A DNA stretch of 63,914 nucleotides, filler included, from Phoronis australis (GCA_002633005.1; 10 parts of 10 records of this genome joined end to end with filler, not necessarily neighbours in it), one strand, 5' to 3'; positions 27,001 through 39,144 are shown, counted from the first letter of the whole stretch. Translations and numbers: made by a program. The notes: a model not told the origin generated them from the sequence alone.

Positions 27001-29164
27001 ATTTATGGAGACTTCCATCTCTGCAGTCGTTTCAGAAAGTTGTAAAAATGAAACCTTCTAATTTTTTACACCAGAATCCCAAAGATATTTTCCAGCGACA
27101 GCTGAGTAGCCATAAAAGCAGTGAAGCAGTCACTTTCCTCAGTGAGACTGCTGCAAAAGCTTGTGGTGCCTCAAGGTCACATAAAGGTCACATAAAGGTC
27201 AAATAAAAGTCATGTCACATACCGAGGTGAACACTTCCTCTGTCTGCTGTATGGTGGCGATACGTGTCCATCCCCACTTCTGGAACAGCTTCACGCGTGT
27301 CGGGTTGTGAAGAGTCGCCGACGGGTGAGTACGGAAGAACGTGGGAAATCTGCGGCGGTTACTCAGCGCAGGCGAACTGGAACCATAGGCAAGCTGGAAT
27401 ATATGGAGTGCATGTTTTTTCAGCAGCTGTCAGCAAGTCGGAACACATTAATCTGATTTAACATTCAACCATAATACACCCTGCCCATGCTCACTGGCAA
27501 TCTTTGAAAATGGGAATCAAATTTCTGGCAGTGACGTTAAGAGACACCATCTCAATACGTGATTGAATGCTCTGCTGAGTCAAGCCATGACCAACAAGTT
27601 ACAGTAGGCAGCATGTAGTGAATTTGCTGTTGAATTACGCCATACATTTCAGCAAGTTTCGAGTCAAAGACAACGTTCACCGATTAGCCACACTTCCCAG
27701 AATAACGTAGCCCACTCTCCGAATAACGTAGCCCACTCTCCGAATAACGTAGCCCACTCTCCGAATAACGTAGCCCACTCTCCGAATAACGTAGCCCACT
27801 CTCCGAATAACGTAGCCCACTCTCCGATTTTGTGGTATTTACCCATAATACTGTTTGTCTTTAAAAAGTGCTTAACATTAACAAACACTAAAGGTGGGTG
27901 CATTGCGCATAACTAAATCTGAATACCAACTGGCATCCCATAACAATAGCTGCGGATATTAATTCAGTGAACAGTAACACTGCCCCGACTTGAACTTACC
28001 ACGATGAGGTTCCACATGCGAGCGGCTTGAGCGACGAATGTGGATACCCCGCTGCACCCCGACAACATCACCACCTTGGTCTGGTTATCATATATCAACT
28101 CGTACATCTTGTTCAGGCCAAGTCCAGGCAGACACTAGGATGCACAAACATTAATCACTAATCACATCCCAAAATTTCAACACCGCCTTCTCTGATTCTT
28201 CTCTATTTACCCATAATGCTCTGCACCAGAGTTGTACACTGCTGATGTGCAGATCATTATTTTACAAAAGACTTAATATGACATTTGTCATTTTGAAGCT
28301 AGTGAATTGTAACATTGCAACCCGAGCTGCAATGCAAAAATAAAAAACGATAAGCTTGTCAGCCTCGGCTCAGAACCCATCCCGTATAACCCCACAATAC
28401 AATTATTATCCCACACAAGTACATTTGGGGTAATCTTTGCTAGAGATGGCTGCAAAGTATGAAATATTACAAAAACTTGGAAATGAATAAGACTCGGAAA
28501 ATTTTCCGTGAATTGGGTCATTTTTCATTTTCCAGCTTTCCCAAGAGAGAAAGCCATGGGGTTCAGTATAAAATAGCATAAGTTGCAACACACGCTACAT
28601 ATTTTCCTCCATAGTAGTTAACTATTTTTTGCTGTTCAAACAATGAAAAAGTTCAATTTTTAATGATCAATTTATTTTTTATAGTGCGCAGTGCCTAAAA
28701 TGATAGGGAAAGAATGTTGCCACAAATAGTTAGAGGTTATCACTGACACTCATTTCTCTTCCCTAATCCCAAAATAAAAGAAGCAGGTCATATAAATCCA
28801 AGCATAGTGGTAAATGCCTATTGTAATCTCAATGTGTAAGTGTTCCGTTTGACAGTTGCCCATTGAGAAATGCCAGGTAGCACATAATGGGTACAGTGAT
28901 TCCAGCTATAAAAATGGCTCCACACACCTTGCTGTCTCTTTGAATCAGCGACAGTTTGTAGTCGGGCAGTAGCTCTGTCTGGTTATTGATGTCTTCAAAG
29001 CCCATCTGCACAGCTGGCAGACAGGCCTGTCCTCCAGCCCAGCCACCCTCCATCGGAAAGATGCCCCCGATGTGCAAGGTCTTGTCTTTGAACCCAGCAC
29101 ATTGCACCACCAACAGTGAAAGGGCAATGTGCACCAGTTGCAGGTCACAGTGTGAACGAAGCAT
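18076..29164 (-). CDS. GABBR1: GABA-B receptor subunit 1 (class C GPCR), start codon to TM4; 3' end cut by the contig edge
   Basis: Exons: 29164(ATG)-28928, 28134-28000, 27393-27223, 26789-26622, 25423-25232, 24814-24678, 24354-24249, 23849-23786, 22736-22508, 20711-20579, 19310-19206, 18131-18076(cut); phases consistent. Signal peptide followed by [17 protein letters not shown]; [31 protein letters not shown]; [14 protein letters not shown]; [16 protein letters not shown]; [16 protein letters not shown]; [14 protein letters not shown]. These motifs point to B1 rather than B2. An in-frame TGA at 29248-29246 supports the ATG at 29164 as the start. Confidence 0.95.
18672..18851. mobile_element. 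MITE family A, copy 2
   Basis: ACTGACCTATCGCAAGCTCCGTCCCC...GTGATAGATCAAT; body aligns with the reverse complement of copy 1. Confidence 0.75.
19527..19928. mobile_element. PIF/Harbinger-type MITE (402 bp)
   Basis: TIR of about 30 bp GGCCCGGTCTCCAATCTTT.TACTCGAAA, 3-bp TSD CAG/CAG. Confidence 0.85.
20775..21184. mobile_element. Foldback/MITE-like element with internal subrepeats
   Basis: caattggtcggacttcacaaccagctggctggactgc ... gcagtccagccgactggttttgaagtccgagcaattg inverted ends. Confidence 0.65.
22072..22217. repeat. 16-bp minisatellite
   Basis: (cacttatatagtccta/t)n, about 9 units. Confidence 0.9.
22219..22451. mobile_element. Harbinger-type MITE family B, copy 1
   Basis: GGATCCATTCCAAGAAA...TGGAACGAGCCC, TSD CTA; reverse homolog of 25937-26192. 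Confidence 0.6.
23173..23348. mobile_element. MITE family A, copy 3
   Basis: ATTGACCTTTCGCAAGTTCCGCCCC...GCAATAGGTCAAT; shares ggaaacgaaggtgtgtcaagaatgct and gccgtcactcaaaat with copy 2. Confidence 0.8.
24956..25306 (-). repeat. Four-copy tandem array (91-94 bp) of a GABBR1 exon 3' end plus splice donor
   Basis: Units end ATCAGGCATG| followed by gtgagt (25231), gtgagt (25137), gagagt (25046) and gttagt (24955). Confidence 0.95.
25510..25924. mobile_element. MITE-like element with TIRs of about 35 bp
   Basis: gcaggaaacagtcccaaatagggactcaactaag ... cttagttgagtccccatttggtactgtttcatgc. Confidence 0.7.
25937..26192. mobile_element. Harbinger-type MITE family B, copy 2
   Basis: GGGCCCGTTC...GGAATGGGCCC, TSD CTG/CTG. 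Confidence 0.7.
27700..27825. repeat. 21-bp perfect tandem repeat x6
   Basis: (gaataacgtagcccactctcc)6. Confidence 0.95.
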
Positions 29165-30604
29165 AACACAGTGTGAAAGAGGCTTAATCGGACAGGCGTG
29201 TATACTGGAAGTGGGAGCTATTTCTAACAGAAGGTTCTTGACAGCTCAGCAATGGTGTTTTCAGATACCAACAGGTGACTCATCTCGATTCAGTGACACC
29301 ACGGGCTGCCTGTAAGAGAATTAAAAAATGTTTCAGATCAACATAAAAGATAACAAGTATGCTATTTAAAAGAAATTTTCACACAAAAACTAGAAATAGT
29401 CACAAACAGGGTTCCTGCATTTTGAGCATCAGTTTAATGCTTGTTACTCAGTGCAGAAAACTGATTCTCAAAATATGGGACCCTTGTAACTATACCCAAA
29501 ACCTTGGTAATTTGATGTGAAGTGTTTGCATTAACGTGAAAAGAAATCAGCAGAATGAAGAATCAATGAAAAATAGTGCTCAAAGTTGACAAATACAATC
29601 GCCCAAGAAAATTGACTGGGGAATAAGAGACTTACTACAGGTTTTTTGAGGTGGCAGCCAAGTTAGTATGCTCAAGGAAGAGTGAAGTTTTTTAAAGACA
29701 TTCATGTTGTGTCAGATTTTATTTCACTAGTTCTTTTACTCACAACCATTGTCATGAATTTCCAGTTTGGAGTGCGACAGCCAATAAAGGCTTCTGTAAA
29801 CCAGTTGCCAAGGGGTAATTAATCATTTCTAAAGTCTTACTAGTAACTCAAAAGAAGGCAGCCTGGGTTTGATACCAGTCATGGTCCGCTGAAATTTACT
29901 ACATTGAACTTCAACCAAGTGAAATCCAGAACCTGGAGAGGCACACACACAAGACTCGAAAGGCAGAAAGGAAGTTACTCACCCCCCTGAGCCCCCTAAA
30001 ACAGGATCCCCGCACCTGCCCCATACGATCGAGAGAATATTTTTTCGCAGTGCCTACATATGACCAGAGTGGCACTGTAATCGTAAATGTCAAAGCCAAC
30101 ACACCAAGAATTTCTGTTGTCAACGCCAGTTTGCAGACAGGAGTTAATCTAGGAAACCTGGACAATTTTTTACGGCCCCCTGGGTTTCCTGTCCAATCCC
30201 TGGGATTCCTGTTTTAAAGGTCTGGGTTCCTGTTTTTCGGGCTGGTTGTTTTGAAGGTGCAGGAGTCTGTTTTCAATGCCGGGATACCTGTTTTACACTG
30301 GAGTTTCTGTTTCAATGGAACACAATGTGGATGTATAGGAAAAAATCTTTGCTTTATTGGGATCGCTGGTTCAATTTCCAGGTCGAGTGATCTCAGCAAT
30401 TACTACAATGGACATAGTTGTCAAACGGATAATATATGACGCACTGCCAACTAGGACCTCCTGACCTCAGATGACGTGCATGGAGTGGTGATGGTAAAAG
30501 TTCCAGGACCTGTACTAACTCATGTTCACCTTCCTGATGACACGCCTGTTCTGTGAGAGTGGGGTATTGTTGTAGATCTTAACGCTTCCAAAGAACCCCA
30601 TGAG

Positions 30605-30725
30605 CCTCTGTTGGCCACTCGCTAATGGGCAAGTGTCTATCAGCTGAACGTTTAAACATTCTTGCAGGTTTTATCAGGGTCGCTGGTTCGATTCCCGGGT
30701 TGGGTGATCTCGACAATTACTACAT
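30605..30725 (+). mobile_element. tRNA-derived SINE-like fragment (second partial copy 30360-30408)
   Basis: B-box-like GGTTCGATTCC followed by gtgatctcgacaattactaca, repeated in degenerate form nearby. Confidence 0.35.
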
Positions 30726-33495
30726 TACATACACAGACACGATTGCGAACCTTAGCTTGTCTATGGAGTATGCACTCCTTTTTTTAGTTCCATGGTGTAT
30801 ACTAGAGGTATGTCCTAACTGATGAAAATAACTTACCAAGGCTCATGGGCAAGGCCATTGGATCATCTCAGAGTGAGAGCACAGACACAGCGTGAGCGAA
30901 CTCACAGCATTAGTAGTAGGCAACACGCAGCCCCTCGGTTGGCCAGTTAGGGGCTACAATACTTCACATTGCTTTCTGTACTAATTTCGTCCCATGTATT
31001 TTAAACAGGTGGTAGGCGAAATCCACTAACCGATTGCTCAAGAGTTTTCACCTCATCAAAAATACATTCTACATTTAAAACTATGACTTAAAAATGTGCT
31101 TACTGAATTCCTGCGGCATCCAGGACAATGTATAATTGCCTACATTACATTAGTAGTAGCCAATAACTGAGCTCTCTTTAAAGGTTGGGTTACTGACTAG
31201 CAAGCATGTGCATTGGCTAACATGAACAGAGGAAGCTAGTGCAGATGCTTTTGAACGTGCTGCAGCTGTTGCAGTCGCAGACAAAATGTGTGACGCAACT
31301 CCCAGATTGACATGTTTTGAGTTGTTCTGGAAATGCCCGATACGCGACAAAGTTGAATAGCAGTTGTGTACATTTCTTATTATAATACCCTGTCAAGCGC
31401 CTATAATAAGAGTGTCTGTGGGTGTGGTCAAGTTACAGACTCAGAGTGTCGGCACTGGTCGGATATAGCAGTCCCTGATTTAGAGAACCAGTTTCATCCA
31501 CTAAATAACAAGCCCATTATTCAGGGATTGCCTGGTTGTGGTTCTCTAAATCAGGGACCGCTATATATACTGGGGAGCCCAATGTTCGTCCGCCTAAGCA
31601 TAAAACCGACTTGCTGTTGTACTCACCGAATTATTCCACTTCAAAGTTATGATCTGAATAGGATTCGATTTAACTCTCACAGATATACCGCATTCATCGA
31701 TTCGGAAGTTTTCTTTAATTTGTGCCGAGTTATTTCAAATGTGCACTGCCTTCGGCAGCCATTTTATTGTGACACCTAAGTTCGTCATATGCTGCCCCCT
31801 TTTGTAAAAACTGAGAAACATGCAGAAAAAGGCCAACGAAGTAATGAAAATTGCAACAGCCTGTTTTTATTGACATAAACTCGATTTGAAGCTTTGATGT
31901 TGAGCTCTGCACTGTGGTTTCCAATAAAAGCCAATTGGACANNNNNNNNNNNNNNNNNNNNNNNNNNNNNNNNNNNNNNNNNNNNTTAATTAATTAANNN
32001 NNNNNNNNNNNNNNNNNNNNNNNNNNNNNNNNNNNNNNNNNACATTCAAAATCTTTTCCTGGTGCGCGTCTGAGGCAATTGAGTCAACAGCGTGACACGA
32101 ACCCTCAAACACTGATATTGTACGCAAGCGGTGGGGAATATTACAATTTCTCAAAATAAGATCGTAATATCCAGCAGGTTCTCAGTAAAATAACAGGAGG
32201 GACTACTAAAACATCCAGTCGACTTTACCCTTAACTTTGAGGGAGGAGCAAGAGACCCTCCATTTTCAGTCCACACAAAATAGGCGTATAATTTAAATTT
32301 AAAAAGACTAAAATCATGGCGTCTTTCACAACGTTTGTCACAAAAGTTGAAGAAAACCACAACATTCGATGTACAGTAATGAATGACATCATTGAGCAAT
32401 AAAAGTGAAACGAAATATGAGATGTATAGATACAACTTTAGCAAATGCTGGCACTACATACTTTACATCCGCTACACATGCAGAAAGTGGACTTAAACAT
32501 CTAAACTAAAACATAACCAACATACTTGGTTTTAACATACATGTTTACGATATGTCCATGATATGTTAAACACCGATATTATGCATGCAAAGTAGCTAAT
32601 ACCGCATTGCCGCGCCGTTACGCCCATGGGCGTCTGTGCGGAATTGTCCTTACATGCGAAACTTAGGCACATGCGCCAATAAGCGAGCCATTTGCGCAAA
32701 ACACCAGCATTACTTCGGATAAAAACCCATGGGCGTAAAAGCGCAGCAACACGGTAGTACAAAACTTTTCACCAATTTTCTTGAAAATCCGTCAAAGAAC
32801 TCCAAAGATACAAAGGCACAAGTAAAAAATGCCTTAGGAGGCAAAGCGTAGTAAAAAACCGGTCCGGGTGCGCCTGTGTTCGGATTCAGTTAATGCATGG
32901 GCCTGTGTAGGAGGCATTACCTACCTAGGCTTATATTCGGAACTTAGGTGCACGCGCCAATAGGCGAACCACTTGGGTAAAGAAGGCCGCGAAAAAGGCA
33001 TTACTTCAGATATAGGCCGATGAGCCTAAAGGTGAAACAATACGAAGTTAAAGCTGCTAAAACCTGCCATTGACAACAACTTGAAACTTAAATTATGGAT
33101 GTGATCTCAACTTGTTATTCAAAGTAAGACGCTTGGAATGAGTTCGTCTTTGCTTGAGAACATGCTATGTGCGTAAGATAACTTACAGAGCCTGGTCTCA
33201 GCAAAAACGCATTGCCCGTTCTTTTCAAGGCAAGAAACCACATCTAATTTTTCTGAGGAACAACAGTAACTTATTTTTGTGATGGAGGAACGGTTCATAG
33301 CCGTTTTAATACACAACTATATCGGTTAAAGTGCTAAACCAGTGCGATTTTAAAAATTGCATAAATTAATAAAAATGCCATAAAACCCACGAGTCACTTT
33401 TATGAGTACATGACATGGGATCAAATGACGGGGTTGGTGCGTATAAGTAACGCTGTATAAGTACGCCCCTGTGTAGATAGTGCTGATGTTCACCA

Positions 33496-33613
33496 GTAAC
33501 AGGTGATGTCGATTAGCAGACGACAGGCAAACTTGCTATTCTACATCTTCGTTCCGGTAACAGGTGATGTCGATTAGCAGACGACAGGCACACTTGCTAT
33601 TCTACATCTTCGT
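33496..33613 (-). repeat. 61-bp-period tandem duplication spanning the M6 stop codon
   Basis: 33557-33613 and 33496-33552 differ by 1 nt; both contain ACG AAG ATG TAG on the minus strand. Confidence 0.9.
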
Positions 33614-35731
33614 GTCCAGAATGGACCCAGTGGACCCGCGCACCTCGGCGTGTTTGTATGCATTGAATGTTGTCAACCTCGTCTCTTTCAAGTGTTTGTA
33701 GTTAGCTCCCATTGCAATCAAGAATTGAACCTACAACAGCAACCAGTTCATTGGCGTGTTTCTGGGTGAACAGTATGCTACAACCGAAATGTTACGCCAA
33801 TGGAAACGACTTGTGACTGTTGTAAGAATCACCGACTTGAGTTTTATTTTTCTTTGCAGTAAGGAAAATTATTTTGCCCCTCGGCTCTGAATCAATAAAT
33901 TTTTACGTCTTACATTTAGTACCAAGAAACCACGAATTTCAGAAACCATTGCGCTGGACCTAGCTTCTGAATAACCTGTAAAGTATTTGGTCTACAGTTT
34001 CACCATTTCGTCTTTTTCGGAAATTGGCTGGAAGACTAACATTCTGAACACTAGAACTAACACGCGTGCCAGTCAGAGGCCAAGAAACATGGACATTACT
34101 TACCAGACTTAACACAATAATAAACCCAGACAGGAAGGCCGTTAAGTAGTAGACGGAGATGCCTTTCATGTCGTTCCAAAAGCTGGTAAGTTCAGATGAA
34201 CAGTATTTTTTAGACTCGTGGAACCCTTAAAATTTGAAATAGAATGCCATAAGAAATACTTACAGTTGACAAGTGGAACAATAAGTGGCGAAATACAAAC
34301 AGAGATGGTTATCCAAAGACAAGCAAGGCGTTACCTATCTGTGTCAATGATTAACGCCATAATCATAGTTACAACAACGGAAGCTCCGCTTCCCAATTAG
34401 ACGTGGTCTACACCCCAAGGCACATTAGAAACTGCACTCGCGCTTACCTGGTATTACCCCAAATTAGCTAATTCCCAAATTTTAGGAGATACCCTCGCTC
34501 GAACTAATTCATAACATGAAGCACGTTAAGGTCCTTACCATAATTCATCAGATCTATGCAGTCCACTGACTTGATATCCGCCAAATAATGCAACAAGGCA
34601 AAGGCGGCTAGCGGCAGCATCATCAAACAGCAGATCAGCACCCAGGCCACGTTAGATATGTAGCCCAGGATAATCATCTGAAAGAACAACGTAAAGAATA
34701 CAGACGAGTCGGCTCAATGTGGTCACCATACACTCACATGCCGTGTATATTTAACACTCTTAGTTCCAAAATCGCCTCTGTCGCCACCCCACGAGATAGC
34801 TATTTGTACTCTACAAATCGGGAGATTTAGCAGTGCGAGTGTTGTGACCTACAGGCTAAGTCTTGCACCAACTTTCTCGCGCTCGTTTTACTGCGTAACT
34901 CACCAATTTAGCACCAATTTACGACGCTTACAGATTCCTGACAAAAAGCTAACTTTTGGACCGCTTGCCTCCAAAATTGGCCGTAAAATGGACATCGTCG
35001 GCAAGAAGTGTTTTCCGAGACCAGCCACAGTGAGCACATCAACCAGTGAACCCCGCGGTATAGCAGTAAAACGCTTTGGCGGTGAAGCTAAATTTCACTC
35101 AATAGATGACGAGAGTACTTTAAGCCTTTATTCCAGCGAATGTTTGTCAACCAATGGCGAGAATTGGCGATTTGTAATAAAACTGCATAACAACGGATTT
35201 TGTTGTTTTATAGCTCTGGTCAAAGCTGATAATTTCAACAACGTTGCCGCACCCAATACTAACCGGACAATTCGTTTTGGATCTAAAACCGAAAATGTTC
35301 CTTTAACGTGTTCCTTACCCACATTCAATTGTTTTCTGGGCTTTGGAAGACAACACTCGGTAGATTATTTGATGCTCTGAGCTTGCGCACAAGGAACTAT
35401 CTGGGTAAGTGATCTTAATCGAAAGTTTGTCCCTTAAGACAGAAGGTGGTGCTGATAACCGCTTTATCACAGGAAGAATAATGAGTTAGCTACAGATCGT
35501 CTAATCACTTGATTTAAACTGTGATAGGCATGTCGTGTTCAAAGCGGCCATTGTGAATCCAATCACCGTACCAATATATTGAACGCTCTGCCGATTGCAT
35601 TTCTCTTGCTGGACACGAAAATGTCCCGACTGTTGCTACCAGACGATATGGCGGCAACTATCAGGAAAACTGTGCACAACACAAACGTTGTCACCGTGAC
35701 CCCGATCACTGCATACTCTGTGAATGGAAGG
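33602..35731 (-). CDS. Myelin proteolipid (PLP/DM20/M6) family tetraspan protein, last four exons (TM2 to C-terminus)
   Basis: Exons 35731-35572, 34677-34539, 34225-34104, 33730-33602(TAG) with matching phases. Peptide: ..YAVIGVTVTTFVLCTVFLIVAAISSG..AIGRAFNIL/MIILGYISNVAWVLICCLMMLP..DCIDLMNYG/FHESKKYCSSELTSF..YYLTAFLSGFIIVLSL/VQFLIAMGANYKHLKE. It matches M6/PLP patterns (GR..F..LxY...W......LP; C.D...YG; K.C; V..L..L.AN+..+K). Confidence 0.8.
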
Positions 35732-35837
35732 CTGAAANNNNNNNNNNNNNNNNNNNNNNNNNNNNNNNNNNNNNNNNNNNNTTAATTAATTAANNNNNNN
35801 NNNNNNNNNNNNNNNNNNNNNNNNNNNNNNNNNNNNN

Positions 35838-36938
35838 TGCCCCGTCGCCACCCCCGAGAAGTGCGTTTTTGAGGCGAGAAGCTTTGCGAGCTGTGGCCAG
35901 TACAGTGACTGGAGTCAGTGGAGGCACTTCATCTACTGTCACCCGTGTCTCGAACGTACCCCCAGAGCGTGCAATTCCTGGAACCAGTAGTGATTCACCC
36001 TGTGCTGTTTTCTCCAGCCCAGAGCCTCTAAGCAGCCCTGCAGCGATATTGAGTAGTGGGAGTACGTGATTACATGACCAGTTCGACACCCAGTGGAGAG
36101 GACATTTTTTTGTTCTATGAACATATCGGTGAGCCATAAGTTTATTGTGGACTTCTCTATTTGGAAGGTGCCAGGTGTGTGGCGAGGGAGTCACACGACA
36201 CGATGTAAGCAGTTTGGGTGCTCAGGTCACCATCTCAGTGGGAGTGTGTCGAGGGAGACTCTGGCAACTGAGTGCGGGACAGTTGTTCCTCTATCCGTGG
36301 TATGCCGGAGGTCCACTTCAGTAACCATGTCCAGTAGTGGCTTGGCCTCGTCGAACTCTGGACAGCACAAGCATTCCATTGAGGTAGGCATAACAACGCA
36401 CACAGTGCATTTGCACCAAGATGTGTCTTTCTCTCAACAGCTGCCTATGCCAGCCTGTGCGTACTTTGCCTCGTTACACTCGGGCTCAAACATGTACCCA
36501 CCCACTGAATGTCCGTGAAAAAATTCCTCGTCACCACTGCTGTGAACAAGGTCTACGTCACTCACACTGCTGTCACTGTGATACGGTTCACCGACTCCAG
36601 CCATTTACAGCTTACAACACACTAAACATTCCCTAAATCCAACGTAGTTGAGTTCTCTACTAATCTATCTTGCCGCAGAATACTCGCCGATGGAAAGTGG
36701 TGGCGACAATTGTTGAAAAACAGCACAAAACAAAAGTAGAATAGAACAGATTCGCACGGTAAAGTCAACGCAAAACCAAGTGGCGGGAAACGCTTGCCTC
36801 CTAAAACGTCACTTCCGCAGTAGCGGACGAGTAATTAATAAAATTACGAAAAGCTGTAATTAAGTGGATAATATGTCTAGGATAACCAACCAACCTTATT
36901 TTAGCTCAAAATGACATGGAAAAAGGTTGCCTTCGCCT
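35838..36938. mobile_element. Internally deleted Kolobok-like DNA transposon
   Basis: The right end ...GCCT is followed by TTAA (36939-36942). Plus strand has transposase-like remnants (PRSAFLRRE; KFIVDFS; RCQVCG..G.QVTI; W.C..G; IRGMP). Minus strand has a KolX/P2X7-ballast-like pseudo-ORF. Confidence 0.65.
36330..36604 (-). pseudogene. KolX / P2X7-ballast-like Cys-rich protein fragment with in-frame stop
   Basis: ATG 36604: MAGVGEPYHSDSS..GGYMFEPEC..SC*EKDTSWCKCTVCVVMPTSMECLCCPE. YxFEP plus WCxCxxC..MPT..EC.CC.E is the signature; TGA at 36436-36434. Confidence 0.75.
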
Positions 36939-37344
36939 TTAAGGCATTACAAATTGAATCTACTGAGACAGACTTTGACACTTTGTTTCAGTTTTATATA
37001 AACATTGATTAGGGTGAGAATAATTCATTTTGAATCAAGAATGCCTGCCGAAGACACGGGGATATTTCTCGGTTTTTATACGCCACACCACAGCGACACA
37101 CACTCGCTCCGTCGTGTAATCATCTTCCTCACAGGTTAAGAAGACACCTTTCGGCGAGGTGAGATCGATTGTTAAATCACGTAAAAAATGGAATGAAACT
37201 GATGCATTCGTACGTTGCTGTCGGTACAAGCAACGTTTTGAAACCTTTAATGTTCTGATCAAGTTTGATGCGCTTTGCATATGTCTATGAGTAAGATAGG
37301 AAATGATTAACTGATAGTCACGTTAGTGAGAATGTGTTACTTAC

Positions 37345-39101
37345 ATTAATGTCTTGGACATCAAATTCCTTTACTAACGATAAGATGACAAATGTCAGAA
37401 ATGTGGTAGACATCATAGGAAGCGAGAAACAGAACTTCTGAATCTTTATCTTACAGGCGATGACTCCGAAGGAATAGCTGACGAAGCTGGCTCCTATATG
37501 GATGGCCGTTAGGTACCATGGGTAGAAATCGGGTTCTATGATTAGTCCTGTCATAGTGAAATCCGTTATTGTTTCATCAAGATAGTGGTACAGAAAGACC
37601 ACCCCAACTACAACTAGAATTTTCCAGAAACTCAAGACCAGACGAAGTTTTGTTTGACATCGATTTAAACGGTTCTTCAGGTCAACTAATGCTGTACCAA
37701 GTGGACCCTTGGTCTCCTTGTCAACAAAATTCTCCCACCAACCCAAAGAAATAAGGAAAAGCGACAGCGGAATACTCCATACAATGTCTATGTCGATTTC
37801 TTCTTGCTCAACCACGTAAATTATTGGCAATATGTGAAGAATAGTCAACTGACAAAGGACTGCCAATATATCGACAGTGACCTTGAGAGGAGGACACTTT
37901 TCGCCTTGTGGTCTATGAAGCACATTCATTAAGCTCGGAATGAGCGCGACACCTGTCGTCAGCATGAGTGCACGGTCGGAGTCCAGTTTCATCATGACGT
38001 TGATGACAAAAAGACACACTCCCAGTGACTGCAGAGTTTCGATAGTAATTGCCTGGAATTAAATATGATGATTCAAAAGTTTAACTGTATTGTATCGCGC
38101 ACATCTGAACACCAACATCAACAGATGTGTGACACAAATAACACTAAAGATAAATATGAATTCATTTTATCAGTCTATTGTTTTATTTTCTCTTCGACAG
38201 AATTTTGACAACTATTGACTCGTTAAAAACTTACAATTATAAACATTTTTATCAAAACTCTTCTGGACTGGAACCGTTTTGATGACAATGTCATTCCGCT
38301 GTGAAACTACCAATGGATTCAGAACAAAAAGTTCATCATGTACTTTGTTAGTATCTTATCAACCGTTGTGTTGCGACGTCTTAGGATGTATTTGTGATGC
38401 ACTACTACGGCTACGGAAAGAGACGTGTATATGTGTGTTACGTATGTTCAGCCAACACCCACTGGCTCCTCTTAATTAAACCCAAAAATTACCTCGCGGA
38501 ATTTTGAACACTCTCATGAATTCAACTCACCATCGCAAAAAGCTTGCAGTCCGGCTTTCTTGTTCTTTTAAAGAAAACTTTCCATAAATTGGTTAAGAAG
38601 ATCCATACTTGCGGTGCCAAGATACACACGAGAAGTGCTAACAACCAGTTCATTTTTTCATTCGAAGCCTCTGTCCCCAGACCATCTGTTCCTTTTGGTT
38701 CTGTGACTCTTGCAGTGATGCCGTTTCCGGTTTCTTCGTTTCCAGTAGGGCAGTTGTTTGTCATGTTTCTCAAGTTGCCAGCGATCAAAAGAATTGACAT
38801 CTTGCTAATAACGGCTCCCCCTAGGACCAGCAAGAAGGTTAGGATGCAGTACATCACTTTGAAGATTCTCCTCAAAGTACTGAAGCACGTGGTGTCACTT
38901 TCGTGTGTGTTTTTAGCTGTTGTTTCGGTGAACAGGTCCCACGGTCCGGTTTTTCGCAATGAGTAGTCGTCATCTTCGTCGCCTTCTTTATTTTTATTGT
39001 CCACGTTTTCTGTCTCTTCGAGTGGACACCTACTGAAAATAATATTAACAACAACGACAACACTAACAACACCAACAACAACAACAACAAAAAGAACTAC
39101 A

Positions 39102-39144
<43 letters not shown>

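Noticed and set aside
27664-27903. ORF with (FGEWATL)n repeats
   Set aside because: It is the translation of an intronic 21-bp perfect minisatellite, with no splice or homology support.
30605-30725. Genuine tRNA gene
   Set aside because: Only a B-box-like motif is present and I could not build an acceptor stem or cloverleaf, so it is treated as SINE-like.
828-35731. Neuronal signalling gene cluster (ITPR, GABBR1, M6 all on the minus strand)
   Set aside because: The genes sit on separate contigs joined by artificial spacers, so there is no evidence of linkage.
37035-37280. ORF as the next chitin synthase exon
   Set aside because: No convincing phase-0 acceptor, and the expected conserved Trp-rich motif is missing.
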